Assembly: GCA_043822705.1 (NCBI GenBank)
Contig: JBDRBK010000070.1
Location: 1 to 64,000 of the forward strand
Direction of reading: 5' to 3'
DNA length: 64,000 bases
Source of the DNA: Fidelibacterota bacterium
GTDB taxonomy: Bacteria > Fidelibacterota > Marinisomatia > Marinisomatales > TCS56
Below, in pieces: positions 1-10,699 of the stretch. The stretch's first letter is position 1; each line of letters opens with the position of its first letter. The translations under genes and the position numbers were made by a program. The notes under the pieces were generated by a model that was not told where the DNA came from, searched no databases, and worked only from the letters and a program-made list of their open reading frames with translations.

Positions 1-1578
1 GGGCAGATCCTGGTGGATAACCATCCGACCTATGTTTTAACGGTGATACCAGCCGAGATGCGCGACCGTGAGAAAGAATTTGACCGGATTGAGCAAATCG
101 CGGGAATTTCCGCCGAACAACTGAATCTGAATTACCGGAAATATTATCGTGGGAAATTCAATTCAACCAGGCTCGCCAAAGATTTGGGAATCAACCAGTT
201 GAGTCGATTGGCAGAGCATAAGGCGGAATTGCCGGGTATCAATTATGAGCAGTTCCCGGAAAGATTTTATCCTGGCAAAGTCCGTGCTTCACACGTACTT
301 GGCTATATTCGCGAAGTGGATGATCGTTTTCTCACGACCAGTGCTCAGTCCGGTGAGTACCGAATCGGCGACATCAAAGGTTGGCAGGGACTGGAGAAGA
401 CCTATGAAAATATCCTGCGTGGCCAGGATGGTGTGCGCTATGTGCAGGTGGATGCATTTGGTCGGGTCGTCGGTGATTTTTCTCCCGAGAAAAATAGCAA
501 GCCGATCCCCGGCGATGATATATACCTGACCATCGACAGCGATATCCAAAAACTCGTCGAGGATGAAACCAGGGATTGTGTCGGTGCCATAATTGTCGCT
601 GAGCCGCACAGTGGTGAAATCCTGGCGATCGCCAGTTACCCCGATTATCCGCCGGACCTGTTTACCGGAATGACGCTTGACGTAGAGTGGCTTTCCTATG
701 CCCAGAATGAAGACAAACCGATGGTTAATCGCATAATCAATGGTACCTATCCACCCGGATCCACTTTCAAACCAATTGTGACCCTGGGCCTACTGACGAA
801 AAATCTGGTCGATACCAGTAAGACAATTGTTTGCACTGGCAAGTACCGGTTGGGTCGCCGCACATTTGACTGTTGGAACACTGCGGGGCATGGCCAGGTG
901 AATATGCGTAAAGCAGTGGAACAATCGTGTAACGTATATTTCTACAATATGATGCAGTTAATAGATCTGGACGATTGGGCTGTGATTGCTCGTTCGTTTG
1001 GCTTCGGCCAGGTTACCGGAATTGATTTGCCGGCCGAATTAAGCGGCGTGATTCCCGACAAGAATTTCATGGATGAGAAATACGGCAAATCCGGTTGGAC
1101 CAAAGGGCATATTCTGAACATGGGAATCGGACAGGGCGATATCCTGGTGACGCCGATTCAGATGGCTAACTATATCAATCAGATCGCCACGAGCGGTAAC
1201 GCCGGTACGCTGCACCTGCTGCTGGATGGTTCCCGACCGCCGTCGTCCAATCCCCAGTTCCAGGAGTCCGAATGGGCGGTGCTGACCAGCTTCATGCGCG
1301 GTGTCAATCTGAGCGAACATGGCACCGGCCGAAGCGCCCATCCCAAACGGATTGCCGGCATGATTACCGCCGGGAAGACCGGCACAGCGGAAAATCCGCA
1401 TGGAGAACCACATGCCTGGTATGTCGGCTGGGCCGAGAAAAACGGACATCTGATCACCGTAACAATACTGATTGAAAACGGCGGCCATGGCGGTGATGTA
1501 GCAGCTCCGGTTGCCCGGAAAATCTTTACCCTGTTCGATGAAAAATATTGTTCCGATTCGCTGGCGGAGAAAAACTGA
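1..1578 (+). CDS. mrdA: Penicillin-binding protein 2 (5'-truncated by window edge)
   Basis: Frame open from base 1; transpeptidase motifs STFK, SCN, KTGT; directly upstream of rodA. Confidence 0.95.
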   Translation, partial: GQILVDNHPTYVLTVIPAEMRDREKEFDRIEQIAGISAEQLNLNYRKYYRGKFNSTRLAKDLGINQLSRLAEHKAELPGINYEQFPERFYPGKVRASHVLGYIREVDDRFLTTSAQSGEYRIGDIKGWQGLEKTYENILRGQDGVRYVQVDAFGRVVGDFSPEKNSKPIPGDDIYLTIDSDIQKLVEDETRDCVGAIIVAEPHSGEILAIASYPDYPPDLFTGMTLDVEWLSYAQNEDKPMVNRIINGTYPPGSTFKPIVTLGLLTKNLVDTSKTIVCTGKYRLGRRTFDCWNTAGHGQVNMRKAVEQSCNVYFYNMMQLIDLDDWAVIARSFGFGQVTGIDLPAELSGVIPDKNFMDEKYGKSGWTKGHILNMGIGQGDILVTPIQMANYINQIATSGNAGTLHLLLDGSRPPSSNPQFQESEWAVLTSFMRGVNLSEHGTGRSAHPKRIAGMITAGKTGTAENPHGEPHAWYVGWAEKNGHLITVTILIENGGHGGDVAAPVARKIFTLFDEKYCSDSLAEKN

Positions 1579-2804
1579 TGTGGTCGGTTCTGTACGGTAA
1601 ATTCCGTGAGGCACCGGCTTCCATTCTGGTTGCGGCTCTGGTTTTGACCCTGATCGGTTTTATTAGTATCAACAGCGTTTCGCATCACCAGGAATTGACA
1701 CTCACCAGTACAACTTTTTTCCGGCAATTAGTGTGGACTCTTCCGGCCTTGGTAATGATGCTGGTCACTTTAGCCCTATCACGGAAAAATATCTACAAAT
1801 ATACGATTCTGGCCTATGTGGGTATTTTGCTGTTGCTGCTGTTGCCTTTCGCGGGACCAAAAGTTGCCGGCACGTATCGCTGGATCACCCTGGGGCCAGT
1901 CAATTTTCAACCATCGGAATTCGCCAAAATTATTGTAGTGCTGGTTCTGGCTCGGTATCTTTCAAATCCGCGGGTTCGCCTCGACCGGATGACCGTGGTA
2001 ATCGTACCGCTGCTCCTGGTGGCTGTTCCGACTGCCATTGTCTTGCGGCAGCCGGATCTGGGAACGGCCATTATCATCGCCAGTCCGGTACTGGTGATGA
2101 TGTTCTGGTCCGGAGTCCGGCCGTATCATCTGTTCCTGCTGATCGCTCCGTTCTTTTCTGTACTGACTGCCTTCCACCCGGTGTCTTTCTGGATTTGGGC
2201 GATTATCCTGTTGCTGGTTCTGTATTTATCACGGCCGACTCTTATCACCGGCGTGCTAATTTATTTTTCCAATATTTTTCTAGGCTTGTTAGCCCCAACG
2301 TTGTGGAGCCTGTTGAAACCATACCAGCAAAGCCGGATTTTAACCGTGTTGAATCCCAAGCTGGATCCACTGGGCGCCGGTTATCAGATAATTCAAAGCC
2401 AGACCGCCATCGGCTCCGGCGGTTTCTTTGGAAAAGGGTGGGGACAGGGTACTCAGACTCAATTGAAATTTCTGCCGGTTCAGGAGACCGATTTCATCGT
2501 TTCGGTGATCGGAGAGGAATTCGGTTTCGTCACAATTTGCCTTATTATGGTTTTATTCGGCTGGATGCTGCTGAAAATGATTAAGCGGGCGTATGATTCG
2601 GATAATCGTTTCTCGGGACTGGTGATCATTGGAATTATGGTGCTCCTGCTGGCGCACCTGTTCGTCAACACGGCCATGGCGGTGGGTCTGATTCCGGTAA
2701 AAGGACTGCCGTTACCGTTCATTTCTTATGGCGGATCGTTCCTGTTATCCTGCTATATAATGATCGGATTAGTCCTTAATTTGAGCATTAATTATTCCGA
2801 ATAA
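1578..2804 (+). CDS. rodA: Rod shape-determining protein RodA (SEDS family)
   Basis: FQPSEFAK, QPDLGTA, GYQIIQSQTAIGSGG, PFISYGGS motifs; ATG at 1578 overlaps the mrdA stop (TGATG). Confidence 0.95.
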   Translation: MWSVLYGKFREAPASILVAALVLTLIGFISINSVSHHQELTLTSTTFFRQLVWTLPALVMMLVTLALSRKNIYKYTILAYVGILLLLLLPFAGPKVAGTYRWITLGPVNFQPSEFAKIIVVLVLARYLSNPRVRLDRMTVVIVPLLLVAVPTAIVLRQPDLGTAIIIASPVLVMMFWSGVRPYHLFLLIAPFFSVLTAFHPVSFWIWAIILLLVLYLSRPTLITGVLIYFSNIFLGLLAPTLWSLLKPYQQSRILTVLNPKLDPLGAGYQIIQSQTAIGSGGFFGKGWGQGTQTQLKFLPVQETDFIVSVIGEEFGFVTICLIMVLFGWMLLKMIKRAYDSDNRFSGLVIIGIMVLLLAHLFVNTAMAVGLIPVKGLPLPFISYGGSFLLSCYIMIGLVLNLSINYSE

Positions 2805-2812
2805 CGAAAACA

Positions 2813-2843
2813 TTGATGGTTCCCCTTGGAAAAACTAAATTTG
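2813..2843 (+). promoter_or_regulatory. Putative housekeeping promoter TTGATG-N17-TAAATT(TG)
   Basis: -35/-10-like hexamers 17 bp apart in the gap after rodA; the -10 region also fits TAnnTTTG. Confidence 0.45.
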
Positions 2844-2884
2844 TAACAGGAAAAAATCCATTTTATTCACAAAAGGTATACCCA

Positions 2885-3706
2885 ATGAAGCGAATCTTAA
2901 CATCATTTCTTGCATTTCTGTTGATGCTTGGCGGATTCACTAAACCTCTTTGTGCACAGACCGATACGGAGCGGGAACTACGTCGCGTCAATGCCAAAAT
3001 TGAAAGGGAAAAGGTCCGAACCGATTCGCTGGAAACACAGATTCGCATTTTGTTGCCGGAGTTGAAAAAGGCACTCGAAGCGACTGTCAATGCCAAGAAG
3101 CAGACCGATTCCATCGCCATTTTAATGGTGAATCGAATCAATACGATTCAAAATAAAATCAGGATTTTGGAAGATAAGGCCGAGTATACCGACAGTACCA
3201 ATTTTGAAATTCTTTCACAATTAGTGATGATCGAAAATAAAATTGTGACCCTGACCAACAGTTTTACCGAGATGTACAATCTGAAGACTGACAATCCACC
3301 GGCTTCCTATCAATCGAAAATATCGGCCATCGATTATCGCAAACTGTATCTTGAATACCTGGGTTATTACCAGAACGGGAATTTCCCCCAGGCTATTAAG
3401 GGTTTTTCAGAATTAGTCCTAAAGGACCCGACCAACGAACTCGCCGACAACAGCCAATACTGGTTGGCTGAGTGCTATTATTCCTCGAAGAATTTCAAAC
3501 GCGCCGTTATCGAGTTTGAAAAAGTATTCTCTTTCACCGGTACCGACAAGGATGATGACGCTCAATTGAAGCTGGGTCTGGCCTATCAGAGCATGGGTAA
3601 CACCGCGAAAGCGCGCGAAGAGTACACCCGTCTGCTGGATTATTTTCCGAACAGCGAATATTATCAAAAAGCCAAAGAGGCGTTAAACAAACTGGGTAAT
3701 AATTAA
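2885..3706 (+). CDS. Coiled-coil + TPR periplasmic protein, CpoB/YbgF-like
   Basis: Signal peptide from MKRILTSF; coiled coil; C-terminal TPRs (LADNSQYWLAECYY, DAQLKLG). Confidence 0.75.
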   Translation: MKRILTSFLAFLLMLGGFTKPLCAQTDTERELRRVNAKIEREKVRTDSLETQIRILLPELKKALEATVNAKKQTDSIAILMVNRINTIQNKIRILEDKAEYTDSTNFEILSQLVMIENKIVTLTNSFTEMYNLKTDNPPASYQSKISAIDYRKLYLEYLGYYQNGNFPQAIKGFSELVLKDPTNELADNSQYWLAECYYSSKNFKRAVIEFEKVFSFTGTDKDDDAQLKLGLAYQSMGNTAKAREEYTRLLDYFPNSEYYQKAKEALNKLGNN

Positions 3707-3708
3707 TA

Positions 3709-4530
3709 ATGGCAAAAATATTCTTTTTGACGACGGAAATAACACCGTTTGCCAACACCGCCGGATTGGGTGATTTTTCGGCCAAAGTGCCGCTGTTGTT
3801 GCAGGAAAAAGGACACGATATACGGACCATCATCCCCAAATACGGCTTCGTCAGTGAACGCAAGTACATCCTGCGTGAAGTCATTCGTCTGCGGGAAATA
3901 CCGTTCAACTTCGATGGCAGCGAGCATCTGGCATCCGCGAAAAGCGCCTTCATTCCCAAGACACGGGTTCAGGTTTACTTTCTGGAACACAGTGAGTGGT
4001 TCAAACCACTCTCAAATTTGCTGTACAAATCCAAGAACGGCCGCCCCTATTCCGATAATGACGACCGTTATGCTTTTTTTGACACTGCGGCTCTGGCAAC
4101 CCTGCCGCATCTGTTCTGGAAGCCCAACGTGATTATGTGCAATGACTGGCAAACGGCCATGGTACCGTTGATTTACCGACAGGTCTATCAGGAAGAGGAA
4201 TTTTATCAGGGAATTAAAACAATTCTGCTGGTGCATTCGATGTCGGAATATGGCGAATTCAGTCGGGGCGCCTTCGAAAAGGCTGGTTTACAACTTCCCG
4301 ACAGTCTGACGGGTGATTCGATCAACGTCCTGGAAGCGGCTTTGCCGGTAGTGGATAAAATTATCGCCCTCGATACGCCTGAAAACAACGTGTCGGCCGA
4401 ATTAATGAAACTAAACTGTTATCAAGACGTAGAGAAAAAAATGATTACGATCGCCCTGGAAGATAATTCACTTGATGCTTACTCCCGGGTGGCCAATTCA
4501 ATCGATCAGTTAGTCCAAGAAGACGTCTAA
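3709..4530 (+). CDS. Glycogen/starch synthase N-terminal domain-only protein (GT5 catalytic-domain-like)
   Basis: EITPFANTAGLGD, IRTIIPKYG, DNDDR, CNDWQT motifs; only 273 aa, no C-terminal GT-B domain. Confidence 0.8.
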   Translation: MAKIFFLTTEITPFANTAGLGDFSAKVPLLLQEKGHDIRTIIPKYGFVSERKYILREVIRLREIPFNFDGSEHLASAKSAFIPKTRVQVYFLEHSEWFKPLSNLLYKSKNGRPYSDNDDRYAFFDTAALATLPHLFWKPNVIMCNDWQTAMVPLIYRQVYQEEEFYQGIKTILLVHSMSEYGEFSRGAFEKAGLQLPDSLTGDSINVLEAALPVVDKIIALDTPENNVSAELMKLNCYQDVEKKMITIALEDNSLDAYSRVANSIDQLVQEDV

Positions 4531-4554
4531 TTCTATTGCTGGAAATATTACCGC

Positions 4555-5826
4555 ATGGTTTTTCTAAAAAGTGTAAGGTTATTGTTGTCATTTTGTATCC
4601 TGGCGTTAGTCATCACCGGTTGTATCAGGGACCCGATTCCCTATGATTTCAGTGATGATATCGATCTGCTGGTGGCCGACACGCTGGTATATGATATCAG
4701 ATCTCTGACCTATCAAACACCGCCGGAAATGGGCGGATATCCATCCCTGTATTTCGGCAAGGATTCGGCCGGTTACAACTGCCGCTTCTCGATGATCAAT
4801 ATTGCCAAGTATTCGCAGGATTATTCTGTCCTGCTGATGGAATTAACTGACACAACGACTATCGTTTCACTGGACAGTGTATTCCTGGTGCTGACTGCCA
4901 AAGACACTAACCTGGCTATTTCAACAGCGGTCTACAACCTGGTGAATTTCCCGACCGGCGGGTCCGCCGATTCTTTATTCGATGAATACACCAGTAATTA
5001 TCTCAATTTGGATACCACTCGAATTGTTACCGGTTTTGGTACGCCCCTGGCATCAACGGTGCTGCAAAGCGACACTGCCACGACATATCCTTATCTTAAA
5101 TTCGATCTATCGGACGCGCTTGAATTTTTAACCTACTTCAGTGATACTTCCGCCACGGCCCACAATCGCAGTTTTGCCGTCTGGAAAGATGAGGATGGCA
5201 GCGGAATTACGGAATTTTTCAGTCGCAATGCCGGCAGTTACCGGCCTCGTCTCCAGGTTCATTACCTGCGTAGTACCGAAGATGACGAATACGGAAATCC
5301 GATCCTCGATACGCTGACCAAATCTTTTTATCCCGACGCCGATTTGACGGTGATTTATCCTCCGGCGCTGACTGTTGACGACACCACAAATATTACTGTC
5401 GGCAGCGCCAAAGGATTGAAGTCGATACTGACGGTCGGATTTGCCGACACGTCGTTACCCGAGTCCGCCATTATCCGGTCGGCAAAACTGACTTTATGGC
5501 CGGCCGCCGGAAGTGCAGACGACGGTGATCCGACGATCGGAATCTACTCGATCGATACTACCGTAATTGAGGATGATCGCTATTATCCTGTTGATCCCTA
5601 TGAAAAACTCGTCGATCTGGCCGATCCGACCTTCAGTGACGGCAAAGTGGAATTTGAATTACGAACCCTGCTGCAGGCGGTGGTCCTGAAACAGGCCGGG
5701 AATTACGGATTGAAGCTGTACAGCACATCCGCTAACGATCCGTTTCGCACTTTCAGTTTCCATCCGGCCACCGGGGACACATTATACGCAACCCCAAGTT
5801 TGAGAATTCTATATGTTATCCCGTAA
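4555..5826 (+). CDS. Hypothetical lipoprotein (DUF4270-like position and architecture)
   Basis: Lipobox ITGC; beta-rich; P-x-L-x-(V/I)-x-Y motif twice; follows the half glycogen synthase as in Bacteroidota. Confidence 0.55.
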   Translation: MVFLKSVRLLLSFCILALVITGCIRDPIPYDFSDDIDLLVADTLVYDIRSLTYQTPPEMGGYPSLYFGKDSAGYNCRFSMINIAKYSQDYSVLLMELTDTTTIVSLDSVFLVLTAKDTNLAISTAVYNLVNFPTGGSADSLFDEYTSNYLNLDTTRIVTGFGTPLASTVLQSDTATTYPYLKFDLSDALEFLTYFSDTSATAHNRSFAVWKDEDGSGITEFFSRNAGSYRPRLQVHYLRSTEDDEYGNPILDTLTKSFYPDADLTVIYPPALTVDDTTNITVGSAKGLKSILTVGFADTSLPESAIIRSAKLTLWPAAGSADDGDPTIGIYSIDTTVIEDDRYYPVDPYEKLVDLADPTFSDGKVEFELRTLLQAVVLKQAGNYGLKLYSTSANDPFRTFSFHPATGDTLYATPSLRILYVIP

Positions 5827-7111
5827 AATTCTGGCAGCGATGATATTGACCCAGTCGATCTGGGGGCAGGGAATTTATAATGCAATCGGGACCGGGTCGG
5901 TTCGTGAAAGCAACAATGCCGCCGCCCTGGGTATCGGCGGGACCGGTCTATTACCGTCTTTTTCGGAAAAACTGTCGCTGGCCAATCCGGTCACCTGGCC
6001 CAGCAGCCGATTCGCGCTGCTGACTGCCAGTTATGGGGGTGTTCAACTTAGTAATTCGAAAAATGACCTGACCGATGCCGTATCCGACATCAACCGGCTC
6101 CAGATAATTCTTCCGATAAAAAACACTTATGCCTTGGGCCTCGATTTATCGCCGTTGACCAGCAACGATTACCTGATAACCGGCGCCCCGGACTACCAGA
6201 TTGTCAACTGGGATACAACAACCGCCGTTTTTATCGCCGATACATTGAATACGCGCTATCATCGGGAAGGGGCCGGCGGTCTGCTGTCACTGCGCAGTTC
6301 ACTCGCATTTCCGATCGGTAAATTCGAACGGAGCGCCTTATCCCTGGAATTCATTTTCGGCTCGACCCGCCGCGGTTCAATCCTAGATGTGAACAATGAG
6401 GCCTATATCTACAACCGGCATGACCGCTATAATGGTATATTCGTCAAATATTATCTGGAGTCGGAACGTTTTTCGGCCGGGCAACTTCCACTGCACCTGT
6501 TTCTGTCGTTATCCTTACCCTTGCAGCCGCTGTTGGTCGAGTCCACCCAGTACCATCTGTACGAAGATGGCAATGCTAATGGTTTTTATGATTCTGGCGG
6601 TGATTTCCCGGGGATGAGTGTGGACGCCACCAATCAGGTCGAAACTCACCAAAAAATTCAAAGTCCCGTTGAATTTAGTATGGGATTCGATCTTAGTCTG
6701 GCAAAACAAACTCATCTTCAGGGTGAGTATTATTACCAGGCTTTGAATACCAGACTGCCGGATGATTTCTTCTCCTTGCAGGACCTTAGTTATAAAAATA
6801 TTAGGCATTTGAATATCGGCGCGGTTAAATTTGCGAGATCATTGCCGCGCGAGTGGTACGAGTACTTCCATTATCGAATGGGTATCTATCATGATAGTCG
6901 CACTATCAGTTCATTTGATGAAAACCTGACCGAATTTGGTGCAAGTGCCGGTCTGGGTTTTAAGTTCGGGTTGACTGGGAATCAAATTGATATTGCCTAT
7001 TCCATCGGAATGCGCTCAGGACCATTGAACGAGTATGAAGAAAGGGTAGAGAAGTTTAAAGTACAAATCACTATCGGTGATATTTGGTTTGTGAAGAGGA
7101 GATCACGGTAA
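5813..7111 (+). CDS. Outer-membrane beta-barrel protein (FadL/OmpP1-like)
   Basis: Signal peptide; ALGIGG...NP N-terminal motif; amphipathic strands; C-terminal WFVKRR. Confidence 0.65.
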   Translation: MLSRKILAAMILTQSIWGQGIYNAIGTGSVRESNNAAALGIGGTGLLPSFSEKLSLANPVTWPSSRFALLTASYGGVQLSNSKNDLTDAVSDINRLQIILPIKNTYALGLDLSPLTSNDYLITGAPDYQIVNWDTTTAVFIADTLNTRYHREGAGGLLSLRSSLAFPIGKFERSALSLEFIFGSTRRGSILDVNNEAYIYNRHDRYNGIFVKYYLESERFSAGQLPLHLFLSLSLPLQPLLVESTQYHLYEDGNANGFYDSGGDFPGMSVDATNQVETHQKIQSPVEFSMGFDLSLAKQTHLQGEYYYQALNTRLPDDFFSLQDLSYKNIRHLNIGAVKFARSLPREWYEYFHYRMGIYHDSRTISSFDENLTEFGASAGLGFKFGLTGNQIDIAYSIGMRSGPLNEYEERVEKFKVQITIGDIWFVKRRSR

Positions 7112-7112
7112 A

Positions 7113-8381
7113 ATGAAAAATGTATTGTTAAAATTGTTGTTGCTGTCACTTGGTGTTGCGCTATTTACCATGTGCGTCCCACCGTCCGGTGAGGATGAAG
7201 CAGCCGCGGCTGCCGAAGAACGCCGGCTGGATTCACTGCGGCAGGTACGCTGCCCGCGGCTGCTCAGCAGTGCCGCCGAATATTACAAGAACCGTGATTG
7301 GGCGTCAACAACGCGGGTCTATAACGATATCGTTGAGTTGGGCTGTGATCGCGGGGAAGAAGAGGAAGTGTACTTATACTATGCTATCGCCTTTGAATTC
7401 CTCAGCCGTTATGACAGTTCGGAATATGTTCTGTTGAAGGGGTTACAGAAATTGCCCGATAACCTGCCATTACGCAAGCGTCTGGCCTATGCCTATAAGA
7501 AACAGAATAAAACCAATCTTGAAACTATTGAGTACGAAAAGATTGTTGCAATCGATCCGCGGGATACCGGTACCATGGCCGAATTGGCTAAACTCTATAA
7601 AGTTGCCGAACGTTACCGGGACCAGATTTCGGTTTTAAAGACCTTACTGGATATCAATCCAAATAACGAAGAAGCCCAGAGCGAGTTTGCCCAGGCGCTG
7701 GAAAAGACCGGTGGCGATCCCCTGGAAGTATACATCGACCGGGCCAAACAAAATCCCGAAAATGTGTCCTATAAAGTCGATTTGGCCAATCGTTTCCTCA
7801 ATGCCGGCCGGGCCGGAGATGCCACAGCGGTCATTAAAGACGGTTTGCGACTGGAGCCCAACAGCAAGCCACTGACACGATTGCTCGGTGACGCTTATTT
7901 TGAGGCCAATGATTTGGCGAATTCCGCCCTGGCCTACGAAGACCTGTTCAAGCTGGATCCCCGTGATCTGCAACTGGCGATTAAAATTTCCGAAGTTTAT
8001 GTGCTGGATGAAGAATACGGCAAAGCATTTCGCTGGGCCAACAAAGCCCTATCGATTGCTCCCAACAGTGGGGAAGCCTATGGTCAGAAAGGGAACGTCT
8101 ACTATAAGTCATTCCAGGTCTGTCGCACGTCATCGGTTACCAATCCGGATCGGATCATGGCTTCATTGGCCTACCGGAATTTTATCAAGGCGGAGGAATT
8201 GGGATCGCGGAAATTCAGCGGCAGCAAGCGGTGGCTGGAAGAGAATGAAAAAGATGTCATGTTTCGCAAACAGGAATGGTTCATGTTGACGCCACAGCAA
8301 CAGAGCGTCGGTTCGGTGCAGCCGACCGGCGATTGCTATAATTGGGTCGAAGAGAAATTGACCAAGGATCCTTCCTGGTAA
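7113..8381 (+). CDS. Tetratricopeptide-repeat protein, probable lipoprotein
   Basis: Hydrophobic N-terminus ending in Cys (FTMC); multiple TPR helices. Confidence 0.75.
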   Translation: MKNVLLKLLLLSLGVALFTMCVPPSGEDEAAAAAEERRLDSLRQVRCPRLLSSAAEYYKNRDWASTTRVYNDIVELGCDRGEEEEVYLYYAIAFEFLSRYDSSEYVLLKGLQKLPDNLPLRKRLAYAYKKQNKTNLETIEYEKIVAIDPRDTGTMAELAKLYKVAERYRDQISVLKTLLDINPNNEEAQSEFAQALEKTGGDPLEVYIDRAKQNPENVSYKVDLANRFLNAGRAGDATAVIKDGLRLEPNSKPLTRLLGDAYFEANDLANSALAYEDLFKLDPRDLQLAIKISEVYVLDEEYGKAFRWANKALSIAPNSGEAYGQKGNVYYKSFQVCRTSSVTNPDRIMASLAYRNFIKAEELGSRKFSGSKRWLEENEKDVMFRKQEWFMLTPQQQSVGSVQPTGDCYNWVEEKLTKDPSW

Positions 8382-8403
8382 CCGGAAACTGTTGAGGGAA
8401 GCA

Positions 8404-9720
8404 ATGTCTGAAACCGCCGCCTTTCGAAACCTGGAAAAACAAGATCCGGAGATGTACGCCATTCTGGGGCGCGAAATCGTCCGTGAGGACGAAACCCTGG
8501 AACTGATCGCCTCCGAGAATTTCGTTAGTTATCCGGTGCTGGAGATGGCCGGCGGCGTCATGACGAATAAATATGCCGAGGGTTATCCCGGCAAGCGTTA
8601 TTACGGCGGCTGCCAGCATGTGGACGAGGCTGAAAATCTGGCTCGTGAACGCGCCTGTAAATTATTCAGCGCCGAGTACGCCAATGTGCAACCGCACTCG
8701 GGATCACAGGCCAACATGGCCGCCCTGTTGACGTTTATCGATGTCGGCGATACGGTCATGGGACTGGATTTGGCCCATGGCGGCCATCTGACCCATGGCA
8801 GCCCGGTCAATTTTTCCGGTCGGTTGTTCAATATCGTACCATACCATGTCGATAAAAATACCGGCCGGGTTGATTTTGATGAGGTTCGCCGGTTGGCCCA
8901 GGAGCATAAACCAAAACTGATTATCTGTGGCGGCAGCGCCTACCCGCGGTTTATCGAGTTCGCTGAATTTCGTGAAGTTGCCGATAGTGTCGGCGCTTTT
9001 CTGATGGCTGATATCGCCCATCCGGCGGGACTGGTCGCCACCGGGCTGCATCCCTCTCCAATGGCCTATTGCGACGTGGTGACTACCACCACGCATAAAA
9101 CACTGCGGGGTCCCCGGGGCGGTATGATCCTGTTGGGAACCGACCGCGAAAATCCCTGGGGCAAGGCGGCGCCCAAGTCCGGCAGGGTAAAAATGATGTC
9201 CGAATTGCTGGACTCAATGGTGATGCCGGGTATTCAGGGTGGACCGTTGATGCATATCATCGCCGCCAAAGGAGTTGCCTTTGGTGAGGCGTTGAAACCG
9301 GAATTTAAAACTTATACCAGACAGATCGTAAGAAATGCCCAGGTTCTGGCCGAAGAATTGTTGAGACGGGACTATCAGTTGATTTCGGGCGGAACCGATA
9401 CTCATCTGGTTCTGGTGGATCTGACCAACAAAGATATTTCGGGAAAAAAGGCTGAAAACGCTCTGGAAACCGCCGGAATTACCGTCAATAAGAATATGGT
9501 GCCGTTTGATCAGCGCAGTCCCTTTATCACCAGCGGAATCCGCATCGGAACACCGGCGGTCACGACCCGGGGTATGCGGGAGGCTGAGATTGGCCGGATC
9601 GTTGACCTGATCGATCGGGTCATTACCCATGCCGATGACGCACAATTGCTTACCACTGTAAAAAATGAAGTCCGGGAACTGTGTCAGGCGTTTCCCTTGT
9701 ACAAGGAAATTCACGGATAA
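8404..9720 (+). CDS. glyA: Serine hydroxymethyltransferase
   Basis: [37 protein letters not shown]-lysine motif. Confidence 0.98.
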   Translation: MSETAAFRNLEKQDPEMYAILGREIVREDETLELIASENFVSYPVLEMAGGVMTNKYAEGYPGKRYYGGCQHVDEAENLARERACKLFSAEYANVQPHSGSQANMAALLTFIDVGDTVMGLDLAHGGHLTHGSPVNFSGRLFNIVPYHVDKNTGRVDFDEVRRLAQEHKPKLIICGGSAYPRFIEFAEFREVADSVGAFLMADIAHPAGLVATGLHPSPMAYCDVVTTTTHKTLRGPRGGMILLGTDRENPWGKAAPKSGRVKMMSELLDSMVMPGIQGGPLMHIIAAKGVAFGEALKPEFKTYTRQIVRNAQVLAEELLRRDYQLISGGTDTHLVLVDLTNKDISGKKAENALETAGITVNKNMVPFDQRSPFITSGIRIGTPAVTTRGMREAEIGRIVDLIDRVITHADDAQLLTTVKNEVRELCQAFPLYKEIHG

Positions 9721-9774
9721 CCGGCCTACTGTGCGCTAGCCGACTCCTTTGATGGAAACATTTAATTCAGGATT

Positions 9775-10692
9775 ATGAAAGTCCATCAGGGGAAATTAAC
9801 CGGCTGCCTGTTTTTAACCGTTCTGATATTTATTGGCTGTTCTCCGGGGCGATTTCTGGTAAACCGACTGGCAGGGTCGCTGGGATCGGCCGGTTCCATC
9901 TACCTGACGGAAAATGATCCGCAGTTGGTACGGGAGGCTTTCCCTTTTAATCTGAAAACAATCGAGATGCTGCTGCAACAGTCACCGGAAAATCCCGATC
10001 TGCTGACGGCGGCCGCCTCCGGTTTCACCATGTACAGCTACGCTTTTATCCTGGAAGACGCCGATCGGCTGGCGGCCACAGATATCAGCGCCAGTCGTCC
10101 GGTCTACCAACGGGCTCAACATCTGCTGGAGCGCGGTCGTGATTATGGCCTCCAGGCGCTGGAGGCGCGACACCCGGGATTCCGTGATCAATTCCAGGCA
10201 AATCCGGAATCCGTGGTCAAAGCACTGGATTCGGAGGATATTTTGGCTGCTTACTGGACGGCCGCTGCCATTGGCGGGGCGATTGCCGCCAGCAAGGGTC
10301 ACCCGGCGCTGTTGATCGATCTGCCGAAAGTCGGTTATCTGCTGGAACGGGCCTTGGAACTGGATGCCAACTGGAACGGCGGTGCTTTGTACGGGGCGTT
10401 GATGAAATATGAACTAAGTCGGCCGGATCAGAAAGCCAACGCCGATGAAGTAGCCCAGGAATATTATCGGCGGGCCCGGGAATTATCAGGAGGGAATGAC
10501 TGCTCCCTGTACGTGGCCTATGCCGAAGCATTCTCAATCCGCAATCAGGACCGGGCCGAATTTGAAGAAATGCTGACTGCCGCACTGAAAATTAATGTCG
10601 ATGAAGTTCCCGCGCTGCGTCTCTCGAATTTATTGGCCCAGGATCGGGCACGCTGGTTACTGGAACGGATCGATGACCTGTTTTACTATTGA
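9775..10692 (+). CDS. TRAP transporter TatT-family lipoprotein (TPAT T component)
   Basis: Lipobox FIGC; ENDPQLVREAFPFNLKTIE motif; TPR-like helices; precedes DctP and DctQM. Confidence 0.85.
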   Translation: MKVHQGKLTGCLFLTVLIFIGCSPGRFLVNRLAGSLGSAGSIYLTENDPQLVREAFPFNLKTIEMLLQQSPENPDLLTAAASGFTMYSYAFILEDADRLAATDISASRPVYQRAQHLLERGRDYGLQALEARHPGFRDQFQANPESVVKALDSEDILAAYWTAAAIGGAIAASKGHPALLIDLPKVGYLLERALELDANWNGGALYGALMKYELSRPDQKANADEVAQEYYRRARELSGGNDCSLYVAYAEAFSIRNQDRAEFEEMLTAALKINVDEVPALRLSNLLAQDRARWLLERIDDLFYY

Positions 10693-10699
10693 GAAATCC

